The notes beneath the pieces were generated by a model. The model searched no databases and was not told where the DNA came from. It saw only the letters and a program-made list of their open reading frames with translations. A program made the translations under genes and the position numbers. A stretch of DNA of 64,000 nucleotides from Patescibacteria group bacterium (GTDB lineage Bacteria; Patescibacteriota; Patescibacteriia; PEXW01), in NCBI GenBank assembly GCA_041665345.1, contig JBAYJA010000002.1:97252-161251 (forward strand). Direction: 5' to 3'. Every line of letters begins with the position of its first letter. The first letter of the stretch is position 1. Shown one piece after another: positions 27,646-36,620 of the stretch.

Positions 27646-28767
27646 ATGAAGTTATTCATTTTTGGTGCGGGGGCTTCAAGAGGATCAACTAATAAGAATG
27701 TAGAGCATAATTCATTGCAGGCGCCCTTAGCTAATGAATTATTGGATGATATCTACAAATCTTATGCTGATGCTTTAGATTTAAATATTGATGTTCTAAG
27801 GGCGGATTATAAAAAGTATAAAGAGGAGGCATTACTAAATAAACAAGTGGTTAGCTTAGAAACCTGGATGACTGATTTATGGCATAAAGCACATGCGGGC
27901 GCTGGAAGTCTTACATCTGAAATCATTACATCATACAGAGGGTTTCTTGGACGGTTTGCGCATTACTTAAGGTGGATGCTCCAAGAAATTTCACAATTGA
28001 AGAGTAACTCAGAATTGTATCGTTTACTATTGATTAAACTACATGAGGAAGGTGTAAATGGTGTTGAACATGCATATGTAAATTTTAATTACGATACACT
28101 ATTTGATATTGCATATGATGATATTTGGGGGACAACGCTCTCTGACATTGATTCTTACACCTCACATCGAATTTTAAAGCCTCACGGCTCGATTAATTGG
28201 TTTGCTCAAAAGAGAGATCAAGATGGTGGAATACCTTCAAAACATGCTGATAACGATGAAAGGAATAGATATCGCGTCGCGTCGCGGAATCTCTTTAATG
28301 GGAGTCCAGTGGACCTTAAAGATCATAGGACTTATGATCCAAAGAGTACGCTATTACATAATTCCAGTTTTATTGGTAGCTCTGATTTTAAAGGGGACTA
28401 TTTTCAGCCACTAATTTTTTTGCCACTTTCGGAAAAGATGTTTGACCACATTCCTGAGTTAAGCAAAAAGATTGAAAAGGCTGCATCAGAAATACTACCA
28501 AATGTTGATCAGGTTTATTTGATTGGCTATCAGGCAAATGATAAACTGATTCATGAATGGATAAGTACATATATTAAGAAGGCGGTTCTACATGTTGTGA
28601 GTAATACAGAGGATTCATGTAATGCCTTAATGAGTAAAATGCAAGAAATGCATAAAGATGTGTTTGAAAAGGGAACGGTAACATATGATGCAAATGACAC
28701 TTCGTTTAAAAATGGCTTCTATAATTTTGTTGAGAGTTATGGTAACAAACAACAAAAAGAAACTTAG
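27646..28767 (+). CDS. SIR2_2-family (sirtuin-like) protein, candidate NAD+-depleting defence effector
   Basis: N-terminal KLFIFGAGASRGS (GAGxS Rossmann motif), VNFNYDTLFD (the (T)NYD motif) and ILKPHGSINW (HGS motif). This is the three-motif signature of the SIR2_2 family found in Thoeris ThsA, DSR and SIR2-HerA systems. The gene is AT-rich. Confidence 0.6.
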   Translation: MKLFIFGAGASRGSTNKNVEHNSLQAPLANELLDDIYKSYADALDLNIDVLRADYKKYKEEALLNKQVVSLETWMTDLWHKAHAGAGSLTSEIITSYRGFLGRFAHYLRWMLQEISQLKSNSELYRLLLIKLHEEGVNGVEHAYVNFNYDTLFDIAYDDIWGTTLSDIDSYTSHRILKPHGSINWFAQKRDQDGGIPSKHADNDERNRYRVASRNLFNGSPVDLKDHRTYDPKSTLLHNSSFIGSSDFKGDYFQPLIFLPLSEKMFDHIPELSKKIEKAASEILPNVDQVYLIGYQANDKLIHEWISTYIKKAVLHVVSNTEDSCNALMSKMQEMHKDVFEKGTVTYDANDTSFKNGFYNFVESYGNKQQKET

Positions 28768-28905
28768 AGAAAATTGGATGAAGCTTAGGAGCATGGAAAA
28801 CTACAAAAGCGTATTATTTAGGAATCGTTAGCAGATAAGGCGATTTTGTAATTTTCTTCCTCCGCCCCGCCCGCTGCGTGGGAGAAATAATGCTAGAATA
28901 GAAGC

Positions 28906-29379
28906 ATGCATAAAGACTTAAGTAAGCTTTCACGGGATATTATTGAGAGCAACCAGTATATGGTGGTTGGGACTGTTGATGCAGCCGGAAAGCCTTGGGT
29001 GTCCCCGGTGGTGTATGCATACGATAAGGAGTGGAATTTTTACTTTGTGAGTATTCCATCTTCGCGGCACGGAAAGAATATTGGCAAACAGGGGAAAGTA
29101 GCCGTTGCCATTTATGATTCACGTCAGCGTTCAGGAGAAGGGGTTGGTGTCCAACTTGATGCCGTTGCAGAGATGTTGCCACTCTCGGAGAGTGTGTCTG
29201 CAGCTAGAGTGTACTTCACCCGAAAATATCCGTACGGGAAAATTCGGCAGGTTTTCTTAATAGCGTTTAAACGGCTCATAGAACGGAAGTTGTATCGATT
29301 TTACAAAGTCACACCAAAGAAGGTGTACTTGAATGACCCAAACGCAGACACTGATGTCCGTGTGGAAGTGAAGTTATAA
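28906..29379 (+). CDS. Pyridoxamine 5'-phosphate oxidase-like FMN-binding family protein
   Basis: General-stress-26 / PNPOx-like pattern (YMVVGTVDAAGKPWVSPVVYAYD...KVAVAIYD). The GC-rich motif plus extended -10 (TGCTAGAAT) lie immediately upstream. Confidence 0.5.
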   Translation: MHKDLSKLSRDIIESNQYMVVGTVDAAGKPWVSPVVYAYDKEWNFYFVSIPSSRHGKNIGKQGKVAVAIYDSRQRSGEGVGVQLDAVAEMLPLSESVSAARVYFTRKYPYGKIRQVFLIAFKRLIERKLYRFYKVTPKKVYLNDPNADTDVRVEVKL

Positions 29380-29464
29380 AAATTCCTGAGGGTAGGTAAT
29401 GTGAAGCATTTTTTTCGCCCCGCCCCGCCCGCTGCGTGGGGAGAAAGTTTGGTATACTTGAAAT

Positions 29465-29974
29465 ATGAAAACTATCCTTACTCTTCGGCAGAAAGACGTT
29501 TACCCACGTTCTAAGGTAAAGAAGATAACGTACCATACTCGTACAGCTGCCCGCGCTATACTTTTTGATAGTCAAAACCGTATTGCCCTGGAATACGTGA
29601 GTTTACGGAACTACTACAAGTTGCCTGGCGGTGGGGTGGAAAAGGGTGAAAGTATTTTGCTTGGCCTACGTCGTGAATGTATGGAGGAAGCGGGGTGTGC
29701 CATCAAACCCGGGAAAGCCATTGGGAAAATTGTGGAGTATCGTGACCTATACAAGATTCACCAAGTTTCGTACTGCTACTTTGCAAAGGTGGTTGGGAAG
29801 AAAGGGAAGACCGCGTTCACCGGGAGTGAGAAGACAAACAAGTTTAAATTGTTATGGGTGCCGCTGGGAAAGGCAATTGCTCTCTCACGCAAAGCCAAAC
29901 CCTCGACGTACGAAAGTGGGTTTATCATCAAACGAGATTTGCAGTTCTTAGAAACGGCGAAGAGTTTGTTGTAA
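29465..29974 (+). CDS. NUDIX hydrolase
   Basis: Nudix box GGGVEKGESILLGLRRECMEEAGC. Upstream are the CGCCCCGCCCGCTGCGTGGGG motif and TGGTATACT, with the ATG only 6 nt after the -10. Confidence 0.6.
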   Translation: MKTILTLRQKDVYPRSKVKKITYHTRTAARAILFDSQNRIALEYVSLRNYYKLPGGGVEKGESILLGLRRECMEEAGCAIKPGKAIGKIVEYRDLYKIHQVSYCYFAKVVGKKGKTAFTGSEKTNKFKLLWVPLGKAIALSRKAKPSTYESGFIIKRDLQFLETAKSLL

Positions 29975-30115
29975 TACCCCGCCTCGCCCGCTGCGGCCCA
30001 CCTACGTCCACGACTTCGTCGGGACTCCGGCGCTACAGGTGGGTGTGGTACCATGGGGATATTAAAATCTATCTAAATTCTGGTAATACAATTCACTATT
30101 GCTTGAATTCACAAT

Positions 30116-30418
30116 ATGAAATCTAATACGATAAAAATAGAAAAGAAGAGGTATTTGCTCTGCCCTCAATGTCATACTTATACACGGATGAAGATGAGTA
30201 TGAATAATCCGTCGTGGTTTTTAAAACATTTTTTCATTGGTCGCTTTGCCTCAACCGTCATGGCTTCTGAAAGGAATAGTGATAAGTGGGGCGTTAATTG
30301 TAAAAAGTGTGGGAATAGAGAAGGTCTTGCAATGATGTTTCTCAAAACTGAAGTAGGTTCCAATAAAGTTGAACTAGCATATTACACGGAAGCTAATGAA
30401 AGAGTCAGCTTGATTTAA
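30116..30418 (+). CDS. Small zinc-ribbon-like protein
   Basis: CPQCHTY ... CKKCGN. AT-rich. Confidence 0.35.
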   Translation: MKSNTIKIEKKRYLLCPQCHTYTRMKMSMNNPSWFLKHFFIGRFASTVMASERNSDKWGVNCKKCGNREGLAMMFLKTEVGSNKVELAYYTEANERVSLI

Positions 30419-30501
30419 GTACTCCCCCCGCCCCGCCCGCTGCGAGCAGGGGAGTAAGAAAAGACCCGGCCAAAGTGGTCGGGTCATGCGTGCGTTTATG
30501 T

Positions 30502-30945
30502 TTACTTGCCAAACGACACATCGAGGAGCGCGTTGTGCAGGTCCGGATTGTTACACGTGATAAAATCAATTTTGTGTAAACTGTTTGGATACTTCTGCAG
30601 GAATGTCTGCCGGCCTTCCATCATTTTAACTGCAGTCTTTTTCGCAACTGCTTTTTTCCTGAAGGTGCGTTTTCCAACATGGACAATTCTGAGTGATGCT
30701 TCCTGGAATCGGCTGGAAGAAGCTGCTTGGAGACAGTGAATGACAATGGTGGGAAGCTTCTCAATTTCACTGTCCGTCACAAAGGTTGCGTGCATTATTT
30801 TGTCACCGTCATTCTTCTGACGACCAATGACAATAACTGAATGCTGCATATCCAAGGATTGTTGTGCATTGAGTGTGTCATCAGTTACACGCTGAAGAAG
30901 AAACTCTGTGAGTTTCTCATCACCGAAAATAATTCCTAATTCCAT
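30502..30945 (-). CDS. Hypothetical protein (147 aa)
   Basis: Minus-strand ORF with a terminator hairpin (rc of 30455-30485) followed by a T-run. No recognisable domain. Confidence 0.4.
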   Translation of the reverse strand: MELGIIFGDEKLTEFLLQRVTDDTLNAQQSLDMQHSVIVIGRQKNDGDKIMHATFVTDSEIEKLPTIVIHCLQAASSSRFQEASLRIVHVGKRTFRKKAVAKKTAVKMMEGRQTFLQKYPNSLHKIDFITCNNPDLHNALLDVSFGK

Positions 30946-31037
30946 ATTTGTAAAGACCTCCGTTTTGTTTTATATTCTTTAATTGAATACTGTAGATCAT
31001 AACCAACTTTCTGTCAACCCGCCCCGCCCCGCCGTAG

Positions 31038-31577
31038 GTGTATACTTCCCCTATGCCATACGATGATATAGCAAAGGTGCTGGATATACAGTTCAGTGGG
31101 AGCCCTGAGATAGTAGCCAAATTCAGGGAGCGCTTAGAAGAAGGGAAATGGACCCGTGACGAGAATCCGCAGTCGCATTTTTGCGCCTACTTTTTGCCAT
31201 ACAATCCAGAGACTAAAGAGGTGTTCATTGTGCACCACAAAAAGTCAGGACTGTGGATTGCCCCAGGTGGCCACATTGATGAGGGCGAAACACTCTTCCA
31301 GACGCTCAACCGTGAGATTGAAGAAGAGCTTGGCGTCAAGCAGTTTTTTTCTTCCAGCCAAATGCCTTTCCTGCTGACCATTACGCCAATTGAGATGCAG
31401 ACCCATCCGTGCAAAATGCATTATGATATTTGGTATCTTGTGCAGACAAATGGTAAAAATTTTCAGATTGACCCCAAGGAATTTTTGGCTACCAAGTGGT
31501 TGAGCATAGAAGCTGCCAGAAAGTACGTCACCGATCCGCCAAATCTCAAAGCTCTAGAAATGATTGAGCAATCCTAA
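31038..31577 (+). CDS. NUDIX hydrolase
   Basis: Nudix box GGHIDEGETLFQTLNREIEEELGV. Upstream GC-rich motif plus GGTGTATACT extended -10. Apparently leaderless. Confidence 0.6.
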   Translation: MYTSPMPYDDIAKVLDIQFSGSPEIVAKFRERLEEGKWTRDENPQSHFCAYFLPYNPETKEVFIVHHKKSGLWIAPGGHIDEGETLFQTLNREIEEELGVKQFFSSSQMPFLLTITPIEMQTHPCKMHYDIWYLVQTNGKNFQIDPKEFLATKWLSIEAARKYVTDPPNLKALEMIEQS

Positions 31578-31667
31578 CCTCGCCCCGCCCGCTGCGTGGG
31601 GGGATACGTAACTTTATATAGTTATGCCATTTGACAAACTTTATAAAGTTTGTTATTCTGGGTGTAT

Positions 31668-32585
31668 ATGACCATTCAGCAGAAATTACAGACCATTCAG
31701 GCCCTTACCGGCAAAACGCAGGAAACACTTGCCAAGGTGCTGGGCGTAAGCTTTCCGGCATTCAACGCCTGGTCTACCGGCAAGGCGCAGCCACGACCAA
31801 GTGCGCTCGCTCGCATTAACGCGCTGTACGTACACGTTGGCGGTAGAATGACGCCTCAGGCTTCTGGCCTGGAGGCGAAGAAGCTGACTATCCAACACCT
31901 TTCCCGCAAGCACCCAAACGTGCTGAAGAAGATTTTGGCACGCAAAGACTTGCACGATTCATTCATGTTGGCATTAACATTTCATACAAACCGTATTGAA
32001 GGTAGCACGGTGACCGAAGATGAAACTGCAGCAATTTTGTTTGACCACCAGGTCTTACGGAATCGCACTTTGGTGGAGCAGCAGGAGGTAAAAAATCACC
32101 AAGCCGCCTTAGACTATCTGCTGCACCATTTGCAGAGTGGGAAGCGTATTGATGAAGTTCTCATTTTGCGTTTGCATGGTATTTTGCTCAATGCCATTCA
32201 GACTGATGCGGGGTCATATCGTCAACATGCAGTCCGGATTGTTGGCGCAAACGTGCCTACGGCGAATTATTTGAAAGTGCCGGTGCTTATGAAGTCTTTG
32301 GCTTCTGGGTTAGAAAAGAAAGTGGCAGATAGTATTTCTGCCACTGCTGACGTCCACGCGCGCTTTGAACAGGTCCATCCTTTTGCCGATGGTAATGGAC
32401 GCATTGGGCGTTTGCTGATTACTGCAATGCTGTTGCGGGCGAACATTGCTCCCGCAATCATTGAGCAGCGTCAACGTCGCACCTACATGCGTAGTCTAAA
32501 TGTTGCCCAAACGACATCGGATAGCATCCCATTGCAGGAGTTTCTCAGTGATGCGGTATTGAAAGGGTACGCGCTACTTGTGTAG
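31668..32585 (+). CDS. Fic / Doc family protein with N-terminal HTH
   Basis: Fic motif HPFADGNGRIGR. N-terminal XRE-like HTH (TQETLAKVLGVSFPAFNAWSTGKAQP). Confidence 0.75.
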   Translation: MTIQQKLQTIQALTGKTQETLAKVLGVSFPAFNAWSTGKAQPRPSALARINALYVHVGGRMTPQASGLEAKKLTIQHLSRKHPNVLKKILARKDLHDSFMLALTFHTNRIEGSTVTEDETAAILFDHQVLRNRTLVEQQEVKNHQAALDYLLHHLQSGKRIDEVLILRLHGILLNAIQTDAGSYRQHAVRIVGANVPTANYLKVPVLMKSLASGLEKKVADSISATADVHARFEQVHPFADGNGRIGRLLITAMLLRANIAPAIIEQRQRRTYMRSLNVAQTTSDSIPLQEFLSDAVLKGYALLV

Positions 32586-32730
32586 TTTCGTATAGTTTTT
32601 TTTGTAGTCAACCCCCCCCACCTACGCAATAGCTACGGTGGGCAGGCGCCCCGCCCGCTGCGTGGGGTTGCAATTATTTTTATCTTTGCCTATAGTGCGT
32701 TGATAACGCTCTTTCCATGTGGAGGTTTCC

Positions 32731-33153
32731 ATGCCTGAAGATGAGAAGCCGAGCAGCTTGCCAGGGAACGAGAGGTACATCGTTGATTTTCTCTACGTCC
32801 AGAAGGGTTGGTTCTCCTGTTTAGGACCAATTCGGAAGTATCGTCTCCTTGGTGATGTTCTGGGTTTTCGAAAGGGACAGATAGTAGATGATCAAGAATT
32901 GCAACACGCATGTGTCGCTGCTTTACAGGCACGGCCAAGAAAGGCTCCAGGACATTCTGACAGCAATGATACTGATTACGAGCTTCCCACAGTGACGTGC
33001 CCACGTTGTGGAGCAGAAGTGTATCGGCTGATTGCATGTCATTGGTGTGAAAACAGCATTTGCACGCACTGTTGCTATGAAGATGAACTGTACGGAAAGT
33101 TCTGTGATGAGAGCTGCTATAGCGGCCGTTGGAATTCTGATAATTACGATTAA
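32731..33153 (+). CDS. Cys-rich zinc-finger-like protein
   Basis: CPRCGAEVYRLIACHWCENSICTHCCYEDELYGKFCDESCYSGRW. GGAGG RBS before the ATG at 32731. Confidence 0.45.
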   Translation: MPEDEKPSSLPGNERYIVDFLYVQKGWFSCLGPIRKYRLLGDVLGFRKGQIVDDQELQHACVAALQARPRKAPGHSDSNDTDYELPTVTCPRCGAEVYRLIACHWCENSICTHCCYEDELYGKFCDESCYSGRWNSDNYD

Positions 33154-33271
33154 AGACTAGGCAATGCTTAGTCTTTTTTTCTTTAAATTTTTCAAGAAAC
33201 TGACATACCTTGGCACGGGGAAATAAGAAAAGACCCATCTGGTGAAGATGGGCTTTTCAAAGGGCATCCAA

Positions 33272-33658
33272 TTACACCCTCGATCTTTTCAATTGGTATA
33301 ATTTTAGGGCAAAATGCAGGAGGGCGGTTCCAAGATACGCAGTCAATACCCATTTTGTTGCATCTGATATTCCCCAGATAAGGATGTGAGTGAACGTCAC
33401 GGCAAGGGCAAGGTTCATGAGTGTGCAGGTTGCAAACGGTAGTGCGGCAAATGTTCTGGTTGTAAAGTAACGCGTTTGACGCAGCTCTCTCACGGCGAAT
33501 CCGAGCATGAACCCAGACACGATGAGGAAGAAACAAGCCACTGCGAGCATTGCCCAATGGTCTTGCATGGGCGGAGTAAAGTATCGCTTGCACCCCAGAA
33601 CCCCGGCGAGCCCAGCAGCAATGGAAAAAAGAAAGAAAATACGAGTCGAGTCTTTCAA
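33272..33658 (-). CDS. Membrane protein (128 aa, 4 TM)
   Basis: Hydrophobic ORF. A terminator hairpin with GAAAAGACCCATCTGGTG..ATGGGCTTTTC lies downstream at 33225-33260. Confidence 0.45.
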   Translation of the reverse strand: MKDSTRIFFLFSIAAGLAGVLGCKRYFTPPMQDHWAMLAVACFFLIVSGFMLGFAVRELRQTRYFTTRTFAALPFATCTLMNLALAVTFTHILIWGISDATKWVLTAYLGTALLHFALKLYQLKRSRV

Positions 33659-33804
33659 TTGGTAACCTCCAATGTAAAAATTTTTATGTTCCCAATAACC
33701 TATATCGTTAGAGTTGTTTTGTCAACCCCCGCCAGCTGTGATTCGGGATAAGAAAAGACCCATCTGGTGAGGATGGGCTTTTCAAAGAGAGTGTTGTGTT
33801 TGGG

Positions 33805-34224
33805 TTAAACCTTGGGTTGCGGATTGGCCTTGAGCGCTTTTTCCTTTGCTTGAAACGCAGCGAGTGCTCCTTCACCACCTTTTTTCGTGATAGCGTCGTG
33901 CAAGTGCTGAGTTGTCCAATCACCGTAGGTGACCATTCCGCAGATGTGATTCATCCGGAGGTGGTAGAGCGCACCTGGGAAAACCCCGCAGGGAATATCA
34001 TTCAGACGGATGAATTCATCTACACCCTCGCTCATCGGACAAGCCGAGCAGATGAGCTTGTCGTAGAGATCCTGGTAGAACACGCGTTTGCATTTGTCAT
34101 ACCAGTCAAAGTAGTAGGTCTTCCCTTCAGGTGCCGGCGGACGTTCTTGGCCATTTTCTACTTTTGGCATCTGGGTGGGCAGGATGACATTGAATTTTTC
34201 CGCGACTTCCAGCGCGAGTTTCAT
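33805..34224 (-). CDS. Hypothetical Cys/His-rich protein (139 aa)
   Basis: ATG overlaps the stop of an upstream 54-aa ORF (ATGA). A terminator-like repeat lies downstream (33750-33785). Confidence 0.4.
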   Translation of the reverse strand: MKLALEVAEKFNVILPTQMPKVENGQERPPAPEGKTYYFDWYDKCKRVFYQDLYDKLICSACPMSEGVDEFIRLNDIPCGVFPGALYHLRMNHICGMVTYGDWTTQHLHDAITKKGGEGALAAFQAKEKALKANPQPKV

Positions 34225-34385
34225 GGAGAGCTCGTCGGCTTCACATACCTGGCCATGATGCTTCCGTCTTTGTCCTCGATACGCCCATGACTCATGTCAT
34301 GCCGTGTATGCCAGGAAAAACCACCCAGCGACTCTATTGCTTGCCAGTACTCCAGCTCTGTTTCGGGCTGTTTTTCAAGCTTCAT
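34221..34385 (-). CDS. Small ORF (54 aa), translationally coupled to 33805-34224, or an N-terminal fragment of a frameshifted gene
   Basis: GGAGGA RBS 4 nt before the ATG at 34385. The stop TGA overlaps the downstream ATG. Confidence 0.3.
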   Translation of the reverse strand: MKLEKQPETELEYWQAIESLGGFSWHTRHDMSHGRIEDKDGSIMARYVKPTSSP

Positions 34386-34512
34386 TGTATCCTCCTTAGT
34401 TATTTCAAGTTTCTATTTCGTAGTAGTTTTTCAGATAATGTAATAACTGTCAACCCCCCACCTACGCAGCAGCTATGGTGGGCAGGCGCCCCGCCCGCTG
34501 TAGCGTCCCTTC

Positions 34513-34675
34513 TGTCATTGCGAGCTCCAGCAGGAGCGTGGCAATCCCGATGAACTTCGGAACCAGGCTTGTACAATAGCCTGGCTCTTGATACAACGGG
34601 ATTGCCCGCCTGCATCGCCTCTGCGATTTCGGCGGGCAGGCCGCGTCACTCGATGACTCGTTCCTCGCAATGACA
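34513..34675. mobile_element. MITE-like element, family B (TGTCATTGCGAG ... CTCGCAATGACA)
   Basis: Terminal inverted repeats with internal sub-palindromes (GTGGCAATCCCG / CGGGCAGGCCGCG). The right inverted repeat overlaps the ATG of the GIY-YIG gene. An inverted copy lies at 61426-61539 and a half copy at 43819-43873. Confidence 0.5.
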
Positions 34676-34987
34676 AATGAAAACGTGCAAGAACGGTATT
34701 ACTATGTCTACATCATGACCAACGAGCGCAACACGACGCTCTACACTGGCGTGACCAATGATTTGCCCCGGCGGGTCATGGAGCATAAGGAGAAGACATT
34801 TCCCAAAAGCTTCAGTGCCAAGTACAACCTGACCAAGCTGGTGTACTACGAAGCTGGTGAAGATATCAGCGGCGCCATTGAACGGGAGAAGCAAATAAAA
34901 TCCTGGTCGCGAAAGAAGAAGGAGGAAGTCATCACCAGCGTCAATCCCACGTGGAAGGATTTGACTGCAGAGCTACTTGAGGGATAA
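34670..34987 (+). CDS. GIY-YIG nuclease superfamily protein (UPF0213-like)
   Basis: YYYVYIMTNERNTTLYTGVTNDLPRRVMEHKEK is the canonical GIY-YIG N-terminal motif. 105 aa. Confidence 0.7.
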   Translation: MTNENVQERYYYVYIMTNERNTTLYTGVTNDLPRRVMEHKEKTFPKSFSAKYNLTKLVYYEAGEDISGAIEREKQIKSWSRKKKEEVITSVNPTWKDLTAELLEG

Positions 34988-35486
34988 GGAAAGACCAAGA
35001 AACTGGGGGACTTTTACGGTCCCCATGCGTTTACATTTCTTGTAATAAAAAACACCCGGCTAGGAAAACCTTTAAGGAGGTTCTCAGAGCCGGGGTGGCA
35101 CGACAGGAGTCGCGGAAGTCAAAAGAACGATAGTTCTCATTTACTATTGTATCAGCTTCGTGGAAATATGCAAATCGGATGATTTTTGGGTAGCTGCTAA
35201 ATTGCTTTGATTAACGGAGGTAATAGTTTTGTAAATAAAAGACCGGGTTTCACGAATGAAACCCGGGGTGATACTGCTCTTGCAATCCAGCCAGAACCAA
35301 CTAGTGAATGGGAATGATGCTCAAGTGAACCTGAGTCTCGCTACCTCACCAAGGTGAGGGTCTCGGCAAAAACTTCTCAACGGTTCAGGGATACAAAACC
35401 CCATTCAAATGCGGAAACTATTACTGGTGAAAGGAGCAGCATTAAATATTTTGATAAACCGAGACTAACTTACTCCTGGGCAACTG

Positions 35487-35837
35487 TCAAGGTGCAAGCT
35501 TGTCGGTCAGGACAGGCGGATATAGAGGTTGGGATATTGCCCCGCTTTCAACTTCCGCAAGTATCACGGTATACCCCAGTGCTTGCAGGGCGAGCAAGAA
35601 CGCAGTTACCTTCCGTGGCGGTTTATTGCTAATCATTTGCGCAAGTAAACGGAAGGCGGTTCGTTTTGACATTTTGCCACGTACTTGCAGTTCGTTGGCA
35701 ATATCCGCAACCGCGCCAAACTTTTGAGCTCTTTTATTGTCGATGACTGTCCTGAACTGCTGCAGGAGCTCTGGCAGGGGCTGCGTTAAATCAAGCGGTT
35801 GCAATACCGTGGGTTGGACAATTTGTGTTTCTTCCAT
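35487..35837 (-). CDS. Hypothetical protein (116 aa)
   Basis: Minus-strand ORF. No recognisable domain. Confidence 0.35.
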   Translation of the reverse strand: MEETQIVQPTVLQPLDLTQPLPELLQQFRTVIDNKRAQKFGAVADIANELQVRGKMSKRTAFRLLAQMISNKPPRKVTAFLLALQALGYTVILAEVESGAISQPLYPPVLTDKLAP

Positions 35838-35986
35838 TTTTCTCTCCAGGTGAACAATTTTCCTCTAGTGTAGGCTTGGTGTGAAGATTGTCAAGCTTCC
35901 GTGTGGCAAATATTCACTTGACGAAGTTGCACGAACGTTCTACAGTGGTGGGAAAATAAGCACTTTAAAAATTGGAGGAAATGTAT

Positions 35987-36514
35987 ATGTTCTCAGAAAG
36001 TATTCCTGATGAGGAGCGTCAGCGATTACAAGAAATTCCAAAATTCTTCATTATAACTGCGCTCATTGGGGCAGCGCTGACGGCTTACGCATTGCATCAT
36101 TTCCCCGCAATACTTCAAGCTTCACTCCTAGATCGTTTGCTCATGCTGTGCCTCCTAAGTTCATCGACGCTATTTGTCAGTGCCAATGGATGTTTGGTTG
36201 AGTATAGACGAACTCTTATACATTTAGCCATTTTCGTTGGTGTGAATCTCTCAGTGTATTTTGGATGCCGTGCATACTTTATTTCCCCGGAGGAATTGAG
36301 CACCTTCTTTGTCCTCCTGTACTCAGGAATTGCAATTGTACTGGCAAGTTTACTCACGCAATCAAGCGTCATGCGGATCACGACGAGAGACGGTTCATAC
36401 GCCAAAATGTTCAAGCAGCATATCATGCCACGGGTGCGAAGATTACTGTTTCGTTCCTTTATGATGGCGGTTGGACTTCAGATTGCGGTTTACCTATACT
36501 TTGCAATTTTGTAA
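35987..36514 (+). CDS. Membrane protein
   Basis: GGAGGA RBS 7 nt before the ATG at 35987. Multiple TM helices. Confidence 0.45.
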   Translation: MFSESIPDEERQRLQEIPKFFIITALIGAALTAYALHHFPAILQASLLDRLLMLCLLSSSTLFVSANGCLVEYRRTLIHLAIFVGVNLSVYFGCRAYFISPEELSTFFVLLYSGIAIVLASLLTQSSVMRITTRDGSYAKMFKQHIMPRVRRLLFRSFMMAVGLQIAVYLYFAIL

Positions 36515-36620
36515 ACAAACGAGAGTAGTCGTCCTCAAGTTTTTTGTTTGACATTGGCAGCAGATATGCTAAAAAACGAATATAACCAAAAACCACAAAA
36601 GATGAGAAAGGAGATGAAAG

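Noticed and set aside
35240-35486. Small minus-strand ORF or long 3' UTR between the 35487 gene and a terminator hairpin at 35235-35265.
   Set aside because: The only ATG ORF there is 27 aa with no RBS. Left unannotated, though the roughly 500-bp gap at 34990-35486 remains unexplained.
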